Shown here piece by piece: positions 17,769 through 27,771 of a DNA stretch of 64,000 nt. Where the stretch lies: positions 73,086 to 137,085 of the forward strand of contig JAGALQ010000025.1 in NCBI GenBank assembly GCA_017625095.1. Reading direction: 5' to 3'. The notes under the pieces are model-generated. The model worked only from the letters and a program-made list of their open reading frames with translations. It was not told the DNA's origin and searched no databases. The number at the start of each line of letters is the position of its first letter. The first letter of the stretch is position 1. The position numbers were made by a program, and so were the translations under genes. This DNA comes from Clostridia bacterium. Its GTDB lineage: Bacteria; Bacillota; Clostridia; Oscillospirales; Acutalibacteraceae.

Positions 17769-20174
17769 TTATTTCTTCTTGTTTTTGCGCTGTGCACGGA
17801 TTTCAGCTGCGTGTGCCTTTTCGGCAGCTATCTTTGCAGCCTCTTCTTCGGCAGCAAGACGCTCAGCCTCATCAAATCTTACCTTTGCTTCGTCGTACAT
17901 TGCGTCAATATCATCGTAATGTGTATAGTTTTCTGCCATTGTCACAAGCTTTTTGGCATCAAGATAGGGCTTTGCAGCACGGTTGTATACCGAACTGTCA
18001 TCCGTAGCCTTTTTGAGTGCTTTTTCAACTTCTTTAGCCTGAGCCTTAAGCTCCTTAATAAGAGCTGCGGTCTCCTGTGCAAGAGACTTATCCTTTTCAT
18101 CTCTTGCCTTATAGAATGTTTTATATGCATTATCAATCTTCTCGTTGATTGCATCCTCCTGTGCAAAGAGCTTATCAAATTCGGTTGAATCAAATTCCTC
18201 TATGCCGTTCGGGAAATATTTTCTTGCAACCTTCTGTGCATAAAGGCATTCCTTGATTCTTGAAATTTCAGCCTTGCGGTATTCCTTATCATTCTCAGTT
18301 TCCGTGGTAAGAACCTTTGCCGCAGCAAGGTCAGCCTTGGTAACAGAGAAAATATGATTCATGCCGGCAGCAACAAAAGCTTTGGCTGTTTCAAGCTGAG
18401 CCTTACCCTGGACAGTATTGAAGCGGTTGAGTTCATCCACAACAAACTGTGAGGTAACGATATTTTCGTTATGCTCTTTTGCATCCTTGAGTGCCTTACG
18501 TGAAGCCTTTTTCTCTTCTTTTGTTTTAGCCGCTTTGATTGCAGCTTTATTTATCGGCAGCTTTTCTTTGCTGACATATTCTTTTGCCTCTCGGACAAGC
18601 TCAATAGCTTTTACAAGGTCCTTATCGCTGAGTACTCCTCTGCCGAAATCCTCAAACAGAGCACGGACCTGAAGCACCTTGACCATACCCTTTTGCTTTA
18701 TCTCCGACAAATCGTAGAAGAAATAGGGTATAACGTTCATAGCTGCACCAATAACAGCAGTCATAATAAGAACCGAGAAAATGCTGAGGAACGTCGGGCG
18801 GTGATAAAGCACGTTATAAACATTAGTCGGGTCATCTATTTCTATACCCGATGCAAGTATCTCGGGCATAAGAGCTTCGAGCTTTGTGTCGTTAAAGCCG
18901 ATTTTCTCATAAATAATTGACTGTATGCTTGTTGTTGCCATTGTGACAACACTGCCGATGAGACCTACAGCGGCGAACATACCGTCAATTCTTTCACCCG
19001 TAACATACTGCTGATAGTCGCGGATATCAGCATTGAGACTGGGTGTGAGAATATGTGCAAATGAGCCGACAAGAGCATTCATCCACAAGCACATCATCGC
19101 CATCCATATCATTATAGACGGATCGGCATATTTTACGACCGGATACAGCGCACCGATAAAGAAAATATTAAGGGTGTTTGTGAATATCAATGTGTTTTTC
19201 TTGCCGAATTTATAAATACAAACAGGTGCAAGGAGCATACCCCAGAGCGAAGCGTTGCCGTAGAGAGTAGTAAGAATAGCATACTGAGCAGACGTACAAG
19301 CATTCTGATATGTATAAAGCCAAGAGAGTATACTATTTGCCATTCCCTCAAGGAAGCCCATCCAACCGGCAAGAGAAATAATCCAGAAATACTTATTTTT
19401 CATTATTGCTCTTACCGCATCAATAAACTTTATGCGGATAACATGAGTACGTGCCTGGATGATCTTCTCTTTGGTATTCTTGAAAATGATAAGGCTGAGA
19501 AGGAAGCCTATAATAAGGACAGGCGGCCACACATAGCGGTAAATACGGATATCAAACAAATCACGCTTACCGGTGATAAGCTCGCCTATAACTGGAACGA
19601 TCGCATTTGTGATTGACGGTGCAAGCGAATCGGCAACTGCACGTATCGACAAAACATTGGAACGCTCCTGCGTATTTGACGAAAGAACAGAAACGTAGTT
19701 ATCGTATGCATCATACAGGAAATTGTAAAAATACTGGAAACCGAGGTTAAAAATCAGAACTGTTGCGATTTTTCCCGCATCATTCATCAGCTCATACGGT
19801 GCCCACACATATCCTATTGAAAGCAGAACGGTAGGCAGACCCATGCTAATGATATACGGACGATACTTACCCTTACGGTTACGCGAATTATCAATAATCT
19901 TTGCACGCAGCATTGTAAGCGGGAAGCCCGCAATAACACACAAGACGTAAATTGCGTACATTTGCATAGGCTTCACGCCTATAGTATTACCGATAAAGGC
20001 ATTGTTTGCCGAAATGATCGCAGCATGAACAAAAGTAATAATACACTTTACGCCGAAGCCGCCGCCCGCAAGCGAAGCGATCTCCTTATAGCTCATATAA
20101 TTACCCAGTGGCGGAGTACGCCAGTAGGTACGCACCTTTGTGATGCCTTCCTTGGCTTTATTTATCAATGACAC
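17769..20174 (-). CDS. GPH/MFS_2-type transporter fused to a roughly 310-aa C-terminal K/E/A-rich coiled-coil domain
   Basis: The N-terminal ~480 aa are polytopic, with the GPH-like loop NSRNRKGKYRPYIISMG. The C-terminal part (...KALKKATDD...AEEEAAKIAAEKAHAAEIRAQRKNKKK) is heptad-like and low complexity. GTG start with an AGGTGA RBS. Confidence 0.7.
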   Translation of the reverse strand: MSLINKAKEGITKVRTYWRTPPLGNYMSYKEIASLAGGGFGVKCIITFVHAAIISANNAFIGNTIGVKPMQMYAIYVLCVIAGFPLTMLRAKIIDNSRNRKGKYRPYIISMGLPTVLLSIGYVWAPYELMNDAGKIATVLIFNLGFQYFYNFLYDAYDNYVSVLSSNTQERSNVLSIRAVADSLAPSITNAIVPVIGELITGKRDLFDIRIYRYVWPPVLIIGFLLSLIIFKNTKEKIIQARTHVIRIKFIDAVRAIMKNKYFWIISLAGWMGFLEGMANSILSWLYTYQNACTSAQYAILTTLYGNASLWGMLLAPVCIYKFGKKNTLIFTNTLNIFFIGALYPVVKYADPSIMIWMAMMCLWMNALVGSFAHILTPSLNADIRDYQQYVTGERIDGMFAAVGLIGSVVTMATTSIQSIIYEKIGFNDTKLEALMPEILASGIEIDDPTNVYNVLYHRPTFLSIFSVLIMTAVIGAAMNVIPYFFYDLSEIKQKGMVKVLQVRALFEDFGRGVLSDKDLVKAIELVREAKEYVSKEKLPINKAAIKAAKTKEEKKASRKALKDAKEHNENIVTSQFVVDELNRFNTVQGKAQLETAKAFVAAGMNHIFSVTKADLAAAKVLTTETENDKEYRKAEISRIKECLYAQKVARKYFPNGIEEFDSTEFDKLFAQEDAINEKIDNAYKTFYKARDEKDKSLAQETAALIKELKAQAKEVEKALKKATDDSSVYNRAAKPYLDAKKLVTMAENYTHYDDIDAMYDEAKVRFDEAERLAAEEEAAKIAAEKAHAAEIRAQRKNKKK

Positions 20175-20193
20175 AGCTTTTCACCTACTTCTC

Positions 20194-21195
20194 TTATTTT
20201 TTCTTTTTAGGCTCGTTTTCTTTAATCCATTCAACCATATCTTTAAATGACTGCTCTGCACTCATCGGAGCATAGCCGAGGTCATCAGCAGCCTTCTTGT
20301 ATGAGAAGTTGCAGTTAGAGCAAAGCTTGCGGATTGAATAGCGTGTGAAAAGAGGTGTCTTGTCAAGAGCCTTGTAGTAGACCTCCATCAGGGGAGCAAC
20401 AGCGTTTGCAAGGCCGAGTGACAGCGGAATTTTCGGATCGGGTCTGCCGCAGATTTTTGCAAGGCAGCTGATAAGAGCGCCGCAGGTCATAACTTCACCC
20501 GTGAGGATGTAGCAGTGGCCGGGTGTGCCCTTTGTGGAAGCAAGATACATACCGCTTGCAACGTCGCGGACGTCAACAAAGTTATATGCGCCGAATGAAA
20601 GTGTTACGGGGAATGCACCGTTGACAAACATTCTGACCATTTCGCCGACGCTTGAAACCTTGAAGTCATAGGGACCGATACATGCACCGGGATGTGTGAC
20701 AACAGTTTCAAGACCGTCAACACCGTTGTTGTCAAGAACATACTTTGTTGCAACAGCCTTTGTCTTTGCGTATGTACCCTCAAGATTGTCGGGATTGAAA
20801 TCATAAATCTCTGTCATCAGCTGATTATCCGGCAGAGGCGGAATGGCATCAACGGATGAAGCGTATACAAGGCGCTTTACGCCGCACTTCTTGCAGGCCT
20901 CAACAACGTTCTTTGTACCGTCAACGTTAACTCTCCATACAGGCTCATCGTTACCTGCCTTGATTTCAATCATACCTGCAAGGTGATAAACAACCTCTGC
21001 GCCCTCAAAAGCCTTCTCAAGGCTTGCGGGGTCCGTAACGTCACCGTATACGCGCTCTGCATTGAAGCAATCAAAAATCGGCAGGTCCTTACGGATAAGG
21101 ATGCGTACATTTTCGCCGCTGTCGCAAAGAAGCTTTACAAGCGGATAACCTACGTGACCGGATGCACCGGTAACTACACTGATCTTGTCTGACAT
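20194..21195 (-). CDS. NAD(P)-dependent extended SDR (epimerase/dehydratase or dihydroflavonol-reductase-like)
   Basis: VTGASGHVG Rossmann motif and YAKTK catalytic motif. Confidence 0.75.
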   Translation of the reverse strand: MSDKISVVTGASGHVGYPLVKLLCDSGENVRILIRKDLPIFDCFNAERVYGDVTDPASLEKAFEGAEVVYHLAGMIEIKAGNDEPVWRVNVDGTKNVVEACKKCGVKRLVYASSVDAIPPLPDNQLMTEIYDFNPDNLEGTYAKTKAVATKYVLDNNGVDGLETVVTHPGACIGPYDFKVSSVGEMVRMFVNGAFPVTLSFGAYNFVDVRDVASGMYLASTKGTPGHCYILTGEVMTCGALISCLAKICGRPDPKIPLSLGLANAVAPLMEVYYKALDKTPLFTRYSIRKLCSNCNFSYKKAADDLGYAPMSAEQSFKDMVEWIKENEPKKKK

Positions 21196-21251
21196 TTTTA
21201 TTCTCCTCTTTCACTTGATATTTATTGTAATTATTTATTATATTCTGTTAA

Positions 21252-21956
21252 TCAGTTTTCATCATCATCTTCATAGTCGTAGAGATAGTCATCCTCCAGT
21301 GGCTCCTGTCCCCACATTGCACGCTCATAATCAAAGGTGTGCTCTTCCTCGGGAATTTCGCACACGGCTTCAACCTTCTGACCGGTCATCCATAAAGATG
21401 GTGTTATACGCAATGTATAACCACAACTGCTTGGGGTTAGCCACTCGTGAGGGCTTGCCTCGGGTATTGCATAGCGTGACATCAGCGCACCGATAATACC
21501 GCCGTGCGTCACAATCGCAACCGATTCGACACCCGTTTTCAGCATACCGTCAACGATACCTTCAAAGCCCTCACATATACGCTTGGCAAATTGTGCGTTG
21601 CTCTCACCGAAGGGTGGGTCAACGCCCTCCTCTCCTGCAAGCCACCTCGGGAAAAGCGTGTGTTTTTCAAGCTCCTCTGCGGTTTTGCCGTCAAACTCGC
21701 CGAAGTTATACTCTATCAGCGACTCTATCGGCACAATCTCCTTATCGGGATAAATTGCCCTTGCAGTGTCTGTGCAACGTCTGAGCGGACTGCTGAAAAC
21801 AACCTGCGCTGAAGGATACTTGTAGTTATTTACAAGCTCGTTGAGCTTTGCAACGCCCTGCTCACACAGCGGAGAATCCGTATGACCGAGATATCTGCCA
21901 TCAAGATTTTCCTGTGTCAGAGCGTTTCTGATGAGATGAATTCTGTAGCTTTTCAT
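21252..21956 (-). CDS. Histidine phosphatase (phosphoglycerate-mutase-like) family protein with a non-canonical RNA in place of RHG
   Basis: Family landmarks GRYLGHTDSPL, SSPLRRC, FGES and VTHGGIIGAL are present. The N-terminal motif reads LIRNALT instead of (L/V)RHGET. Acidic tail DDYLYDYEDDDEN. Confidence 0.65.
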   Translation of the reverse strand: MKSYRIHLIRNALTQENLDGRYLGHTDSPLCEQGVAKLNELVNNYKYPSAQVVFSSPLRRCTDTARAIYPDKEIVPIESLIEYNFGEFDGKTAEELEKHTLFPRWLAGEEGVDPPFGESNAQFAKRICEGFEGIVDGMLKTGVESVAIVTHGGIIGALMSRYAIPEASPHEWLTPSSCGYTLRITPSLWMTGQKVEAVCEIPEEEHTFDYERAMWGQEPLEDDYLYDYEDDDEN

Positions 21957-21985
21957 TTTACTCTCCGGAAAAATAATATAAACTG

Positions 21986-22014
21986 TTGACTTTTGTCGAA
22001 ATATTTGTTATACT
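21986..22014 (+). promoter_or_regulatory. Putative sigma-A promoter of the XRE gene at 22049
   Basis: TTGACT (21986-21991), 17-nt spacer, TATACT (22009-22014). Confidence 0.55.
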
Positions 22015-22048
22015 CCGCGTATACTTTTTATGATACACGAGGTATGTT

Positions 22049-22687
22049 ATGGCAACTGCATTTTCAAACAGAATCACTTCTCTGCGCAAAGAGCGCGGAC
22101 TCAGCCAGAAAGAAGTCGCAATGAGCCTTGGCGTTTCGCAGGCTCTTCTCTCCCACTACGAAAAGGGAGTGCGAGAGTGCGGACTTGAATTTGTAATTAA
22201 ATGTGCGGATTATTTTGGTGTCACAACCGATTATCTGCTCGGTAAGGATGACAGCAAATACGGTATGTACAGCATACACGACAGCAATCCGGGCAAAAAC
22301 CTTTATTCTTCCGCTAGTGACAAACTGGATATGCGGACAATTATGCTGTGCATCAACCTCTTTGCAGAACGCTTCAGCACAATGGATCCGAAGCTCGGTG
22401 ACAAACTGCTCTGGGGTGCCGCAATTGCAGAATACAAGATTCTTGTCGCAAGCATTACCGCGGGCAGATTTGGACCTGAATGCATCGATGTGCCTATCAG
22501 ATGGGATGATTCTTTGTTCCAGAAGCTGACTGATGCTGTTTATGCAGGTCTTTTTGATACAAGCAAAAATATTCCCAAAGCAAAAATTCACAACGATAAG
22601 TTGCCGCCTTTTGCAAACACCCTCGTAACGTGCGTTGAAGAATACGTTGCAAACGTAGCATCAGATTACTACACCAAAAAGAACTGA
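22049..22687 (+). CDS. XRE-family HTH regulator with a roughly 140-aa C-terminal domain of unknown function
   Basis: LSQKEVAMSLGVSQALLSHYEKG HTH_3 motif. Divergent from the phosphatase-SDR-transporter genes. Confidence 0.7.
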   Translation: MATAFSNRITSLRKERGLSQKEVAMSLGVSQALLSHYEKGVRECGLEFVIKCADYFGVTTDYLLGKDDSKYGMYSIHDSNPGKNLYSSASDKLDMRTIMLCINLFAERFSTMDPKLGDKLLWGAAIAEYKILVASITAGRFGPECIDVPIRWDDSLFQKLTDAVYAGLFDTSKNIPKAKIHNDKLPPFANTLVTCVEEYVANVASDYYTKKN

Positions 22688-22706
22688 AACATTTATTTAC
22701 ACCATC

Positions 22707-22747
22707 GCCGACAGACGGATTTCTCCGCCTGTCGGCTTTATTTTTTG
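22707..22747. terminator. Bidirectional intrinsic terminator (XRE gene / glgA)
   Basis: Stem GCCGACAG (22707-22714) / CTGTCGGC (22729-22736), followed by TTTATTTTTT. Confidence 0.7.
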
Positions 22748-22748
22748 T

Positions 22749-24173
22749 TTAGCCTTTGAGAACCGCCTTGTAGAGTCTTATATACTCGTTCGCCGAACGG
22801 TTCCAGCTGTTGTTGCATTCCATAGCGCGCTTGACAAGAACGTTCCAGCCTTCTTCATTCTGATAACCCTCTACTGCACGGCGAATGCTGTGAAGCATAT
22901 CGTGTGCGTTGTAGCGTGCAAATGTGAAACCGTTGCCCTCGTTGTCGCCACTGTCGGTGATTGTATCCCTAAGACCGCCTGTTTCACGGACAATCGGGAT
23001 TGAACCGTAACGCAGAGCAACCATTTGCGAAAGTCCGCAAGGCTCACTCTTGGAGGGCATAAGGAACATATCACTGCCTGCGTAAATCTTACGTGCAAGA
23101 TCGGGAACAAAGCCGAGACGAAGACCGAGCTGATTGGGATATCTGCCTGCCATCTCCTTGAAAAACTCCTCATACTGCCAGTCACCCGAGCCGAGAACAA
23201 CAAACTGAATATCTGTTGTTGCGAGAAGCTCATCGAGAATAGCCTTGATAAGATCAAGACCCTTGTGAGAAACAAGGCGTGTTACAAGGCCGACAACTGG
23301 AGTGCGCGGATTTTCGGGAAGATTGAACATCTTCTGAAGTTCTGCTTTGTTTGTTGCCTTTGCCGAGAAATCCTCTGCCGAGTAGTTTGCGAAAATATCC
23401 TTATCTGTTTCGGGGTTATAGTTTTCAACGTCGATGCCGTTGAGAATGCCCGAAAGCTTGAAGCGTCTCTGCTCAAGAATATTGTCAAGGCCGTGGCTGA
23501 ACCACGGATCGAGAATTTCGTTTGCGTATGACGGGCTGACGGTTGTTACAACGTTTGCGGTTTCGATTGCGCCCTTCATGAGGTTGACGCAGCCGTTATA
23601 TTCAACAATGTGCTCTGTTCCGGGCTGAAGGCCGAGAACGTCACCGATAAGCTCCATACCGTAAACACCCTGATACTGGATGTTATGGATTGTGAATACC
23701 GTCTTGATATTCTCCCAACCGGGCTGATCGGCATACATTGTTGAGTAGTAGACGGGAGTCATAGCCGTCTGCCAGTCATTACAGTGGATAATATCGGGTT
23801 TGAATCCGATATGAGGAATTATCTCAAGCACTGCACGTGCAAAGAAAGCAAATCTTTCAGCATCGTCATAGTGTCCGTAAATACGGTCACGCTTGAAATA
23901 ATACTGATTGTCAAGCAAGTAGTAAATAACACCGTTGTGTCTTGCTTCAAAAATTCCGCAATACTGTCTGCGCCAGGCAACCGGCACGGAAATATGCGTG
24001 ATAAAGGTCATCTTGTCCTTAAGTTCCTGACGGATTGTATCGTAAAGAGGCATTACGACACGCGCACCGATAAGTCTTTTACGAAGCGCCTGCGGAAGCG
24101 AACCTGCAACGTCTGCGAGTCCGCCGCTTGCAATAAAGGGGAGCGCCTCGCTGGCAGCATATAATACTTTCAT
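22749..24173 (-). CDS. glgA: Glycogen (starch) synthase, ADP-glucose type
   Basis: MKVLYAASEALPFIASGGLADVAGSLP N-terminus (KxGGL-type motif) and a GT5 fold pattern. Confidence 0.9.
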   Translation of the reverse strand: MKVLYAASEALPFIASGGLADVAGSLPQALRKRLIGARVVMPLYDTIRQELKDKMTFITHISVPVAWRRQYCGIFEARHNGVIYYLLDNQYYFKRDRIYGHYDDAERFAFFARAVLEIIPHIGFKPDIIHCNDWQTAMTPVYYSTMYADQPGWENIKTVFTIHNIQYQGVYGMELIGDVLGLQPGTEHIVEYNGCVNLMKGAIETANVVTTVSPSYANEILDPWFSHGLDNILEQRRFKLSGILNGIDVENYNPETDKDIFANYSAEDFSAKATNKAELQKMFNLPENPRTPVVGLVTRLVSHKGLDLIKAILDELLATTDIQFVVLGSGDWQYEEFFKEMAGRYPNQLGLRLGFVPDLARKIYAGSDMFLMPSKSEPCGLSQMVALRYGSIPIVRETGGLRDTITDSGDNEGNGFTFARYNAHDMLHSIRRAVEGYQNEEGWNVLVKRAMECNNSWNRSANEYIRLYKAVLKG

Positions 24174-24295
24174 ACCTGTTCTCCTTAGGGTGGCGGTGAT
24201 AATCTGAACCGTGTTTTCATCGGATGATTTCCGCCACTTTTTGTTATAATACTCGCAAATCCGAAAGGATCTGCTGTGTTTTGCCTTACAATATA

Positions 24296-25411
24296 TCAGA
24301 CTACAATTCTCTTACCGACATAAATCGGGAAATCGTCCGCACCGACAAGAGTCTTACCGGGCTTGATAACAACCGATTTGTCGAGAATTACGTTTTCAAT
24401 GTGTGCGCCTGCACCGATGAAGCAATCCTGCATAATGACACAGTTTTTGACAACTGCGCCCTTTTCAATCTTGACGCTTCTGCCAAGCACACTGCTGTCA
24501 ACCTCACCCTTGATTTCGCAACCGTCTGAAACAAGGCTGTTTGTGACAGAGCTGTCGATTGCGTAAACTGCAGGCATATCGTCACGTACCTTTGTGTATA
24601 CGGGACGCTTCTTGTTGAAGAGGTCGTTTCTGTTAGCTCTGTCAAGAAGAAGCATATTTGCCTGATAGTAAGTGTCAAGCGAATCAATGGAAACAACAAA
24701 GTTATCCATTCTCATAGCGCATATACGAAGGCTGTTGACGTTTGCCTGGAAAACGTCGATTGCCATACTTGTTTTATGCATTGCATAGGCATCGTTGATA
24801 AGTCTTTCAAGCAGAGCCTTTTTCATAAAGAATACGTTGAGAGAATAATCAACATCATCGCCCGATACACCGACTGCAACAGACTTGACTCTTGCATCCT
24901 CGCCGACCTCATAGGTCATAAGGTTTGAGAGTGCGGGAGTCTTGCCGCGCTTGCAGACTACGCTGATATCAGCATTTGATTCCTCGTGGAATTTCATAAG
25001 CTCATCGATGCTGAAATTCATAACAACGTTACAGTCAGCGATAAGCACGTACTCCTCTTTGGAGCGGCTGATAAAGTGCATATTGCCCTTGAGCGACTCA
25101 ATGCGGTTGTCAAATGTGCCTGTTTCGGCAAAGCCGAAGGGCGGAAGAAGATACATACCGCTGCGCTTACGGGAAAGGTCCCACGGCTTACCTGTGCCGA
25201 GGTGGTCCATAAGTGACTGATAGTTGCTCTTTGTAATAACGCCGACCTTGCTGATACCTGCATTAACAAGGTTGGAAAGTGTGAAATCTATAAGGCGATA
25301 TCTGCCTCCGAAAGGTACGGAGCCCATTGTACGCATATTTGTAAGCTCCGGAATAACCTCATCGTAAGCGTTTGAATGGATAATTGCAAGAACATCATTT
25401 GCTCTGATCAT
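24296..25411 (-). CDS. glgD: Glucose-1-phosphate adenylyltransferase, GlgD subunit
   Basis: ADP-Glc pyrophosphorylase-like N-terminus lacking the catalytic GGxGxRL motif, plus a left-handed beta-helix C-terminus. Lies directly after glgC, as in Firmicutes. Confidence 0.85.
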   Translation of the reverse strand: MIRANDVLAIIHSNAYDEVIPELTNMRTMGSVPFGGRYRLIDFTLSNLVNAGISKVGVITKSNYQSLMDHLGTGKPWDLSRKRSGMYLLPPFGFAETGTFDNRIESLKGNMHFISRSKEEYVLIADCNVVMNFSIDELMKFHEESNADISVVCKRGKTPALSNLMTYEVGEDARVKSVAVGVSGDDVDYSLNVFFMKKALLERLINDAYAMHKTSMAIDVFQANVNSLRICAMRMDNFVVSIDSLDTYYQANMLLLDRANRNDLFNKKRPVYTKVRDDMPAVYAIDSSVTNSLVSDGCEIKGEVDSSVLGRSVKIEKGAVVKNCVIMQDCFIGAGAHIENVILDKSVVIKPGKTLVGADDFPIYVGKRIVV

Positions 25412-25424
25412 TTTTCATTCCTCC

Positions 25425-26639
25425 TCACTTTGCAGCAGGCACATCTTCGCCTGCCATAGCCTTGGGAGCGACTTTAGCGCCTGCGCCGACTGTTACGCCT
25501 GCACCGACAACTGCTACGCCCCAGTCATCACGGTCAGCCACATTCTCGGGCTTTTCGCCGACAACCGCACCGGACTCGATAACTGCGTTTTCGGCAACGA
25601 TTGCATACTGAACAACAGCGCCCTTCTTGATAACGGTGCCGGGCATAATGATTGAGGAATCGACCTTTGCACCCTCTTCAACAACAACGTCTGCAAAGAG
25701 CACGGAATAGTCAATATCACCGTCGATGCAGCAACCTTCAGCCATCATTGAATTCTCAACCTTAGCGGTAGAGGAAACGAAGTGAGGCGGTGATGCGGGT
25801 GACTTGGAGTAAATTCTCCACTCATTATCGGAAAGGTCGAGATCAACCGACGGACGAAGCAGGTCAAGGTTTGCTTCCCAGAGGCTGTCGATTGTTCCGA
25901 CATCCTTCCAGTAGCCGTCGAAGTGATAAGCGAAAAGTCTCTCTCCCGCCTCGTGCATTGCAGGAATAAGGTTCTTACCGAAGTCGTTGCTTGAGTTCGG
26001 GTCAGCCTCGTCTGCAAGCAGATATTCGCGAAGCTTCTTCCATGTGAAAATGTAGACACCCATTGATGCCTTGTTGCTGCTGGGAACCTCGGGCTTCTCC
26101 TCAAATGCTGTGATAGCGCCCTCATCGTCAACAAGCATCAGACCGAAACGTGATGCCTCATCCCACGGAACTTCGAGCATTGCGATTGTGCAGGCTGCAT
26201 TCTTCTCTTTATGGAATGCTAACATCTTGGAATAATCCATCTTGTAAATATGGTCACCCGAAAGGATGCATACGTACTCGGGATCATATCTGTCGATAAA
26301 GTTGATATTCTGGTAAATTGCGTTTGCTGTGCCCTTATACCACTCGCTGCCCTTTATCTGCTGATAGGGTGAGAGGATGTGGACACCGCCGCTTGCGCGG
26401 TCAAGGTCCCATGCAGCGCCGTTGCCGATATAGTCGTTAAGCTCAAGCGGCTGGTACTGGGTGAGAACGCCGACTGTGTAAATACCTGAGTTTACACAGT
26501 TGGAAAGAGGGAAATCAATAATTCTGTATTTTCCTCCGTAGGGTACGGCAGGCTTAGCAATGTTCTTGGTAAGAATACCAAGTCTGCTGCCCTGTCCGCC
26601 GGCGAGCAGCATAGCAATACATTCAGCTTTCTGTGACAT
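25425..26639 (-). CDS. glgC: Glucose-1-phosphate adenylyltransferase
   Basis: [14 protein letters not shown] (GGxGxRL) and [19 protein letters not shown]-type motifs. Confidence 0.9.
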   Translation of the reverse strand: MSQKAECIAMLLAGGQGSRLGILTKNIAKPAVPYGGKYRIIDFPLSNCVNSGIYTVGVLTQYQPLELNDYIGNGAAWDLDRASGGVHILSPYQQIKGSEWYKGTANAIYQNINFIDRYDPEYVCILSGDHIYKMDYSKMLAFHKEKNAACTIAMLEVPWDEASRFGLMLVDDEGAITAFEEKPEVPSSNKASMGVYIFTWKKLREYLLADEADPNSSNDFGKNLIPAMHEAGERLFAYHFDGYWKDVGTIDSLWEANLDLLRPSVDLDLSDNEWRIYSKSPASPPHFVSSTAKVENSMMAEGCCIDGDIDYSVLFADVVVEEGAKVDSSIIMPGTVIKKGAVVQYAIVAENAVIESGAVVGEKPENVADRDDWGVAVVGAGVTVGAGAKVAPKAMAGEDVPAAK

Positions 26640-26673
26640 TTCTTGATAACCTCCTTGTTATTTGGGGAACTCT

Positions 26674-27771
26674 TCAGAGTTTGGTATATATATTTATTAT
26701 GCGGTCTGTCCAGGTTGAGAGCCGGTAATCTTTCTTTATCTGCTCTGCCTGAGCAGTAAAGGCATCCGCATCTGCCGCACCGCTGAGTGCAGACATCAGC
26801 TGACCCTTCAACTGACCGACATTTTCACTTTCAAAATAATATCCGCACGGCAGCTTAAGACTTGCATGAGCCGGGATATCGCTCAGCACAACGGGAATTC
26901 TGAGATAAGACGCTTCAACAACCGAATACGGCAAACCTTCGCTTCTGCTCGGTGCGAGGAATGCATCGCACAGCTTATAGTAGCTTGCAATATCGTTACG
27001 CGGCGGCAACAGATGAAGCCATGAAGGAATAGCACCGAAGCGTTTTGTTATCTTGCCCTTTATCTCGTCAACGTTTGAGGTGAGGATGAGAATAAGCTGT
27101 AAATCCTCTCCGCTTTCATTCAGCCCGTCCACTGCCTCAAGCGCAAGGTCAACACCCTTGACTTCATAGAGAAATCCAAACATCATAAGTGTCTTTGCAC
27201 TTGCGCTCAGACCCAGTGCCGCTTTGTCGAGCACTTCATATTCATCTAGTCTTGGGAACCAGATTGCGTTTTTTGCCGTATAAGCAGGATTCTTCGGGTA
27301 ATATTTTTTGGCATCCGATGTCAGCTTTTCGCTGCAACCGATAAAAGTCTTTCTGCTGAGAAGCAGCTTTTCAATAAACCGTGCAACGCCGCTGTGAATC
27401 GTCAGCGCGCAGTGAAGATGAACAACGTGCTTAACACCGAGCATTACCGATGCCAGGTCAAACGTCAGCAAATAAGGCAGCTTGTAGAAGTGGGAATGTA
27501 TTATTCCGATATTGTGCCGCTTTATTATACCGCGCACCGTCTTCACATTCTGCAATAAACTGTCGCCGAGAAAATAAACCGTTGCCTCTTTTTTCAGCTC
27601 CTGCGCCCACTCACGCTTTTCCGTTGCCGCAGGGAAGAGGTATACCACCTCTCCGCCCTGTTGTTCAATGCAGGGTCTGAGGAACTCGAGCGAGTTGATA
27701 AAGTTGCCGCGGCAAGGTGATTTAAAATCGGCAAAGTGCAGTACACCGCGAGCCTTATCATTTCTTTTCAA
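26674..27771 (-). CDS. GT4-family (GT-B) glycosyltransferase embedded in the glg operon
   Basis: C-terminal PSRSEGLPYSVVEA (EX7E-type motif). TTG start with an AAGGAG RBS inside the 3' end of glgB (14-nt overlap); 34 nt upstream of glgC. Confidence 0.7.
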   Translation of the reverse strand: MKRNDKARGVLHFADFKSPCRGNFINSLEFLRPCIEQQGGEVVYLFPAATEKREWAQELKKEATVYFLGDSLLQNVKTVRGIIKRHNIGIIHSHFYKLPYLLTFDLASVMLGVKHVVHLHCALTIHSGVARFIEKLLLSRKTFIGCSEKLTSDAKKYYPKNPAYTAKNAIWFPRLDEYEVLDKAALGLSASAKTLMMFGFLYEVKGVDLALEAVDGLNESGEDLQLILILTSNVDEIKGKITKRFGAIPSWLHLLPPRNDIASYYKLCDAFLAPSRSEGLPYSVVEASYLRIPVVLSDIPAHASLKLPCGYYFESENVGQLKGQLMSALSGAADADAFTAQAEQIKKDYRLSTWTDRIINIYTKL

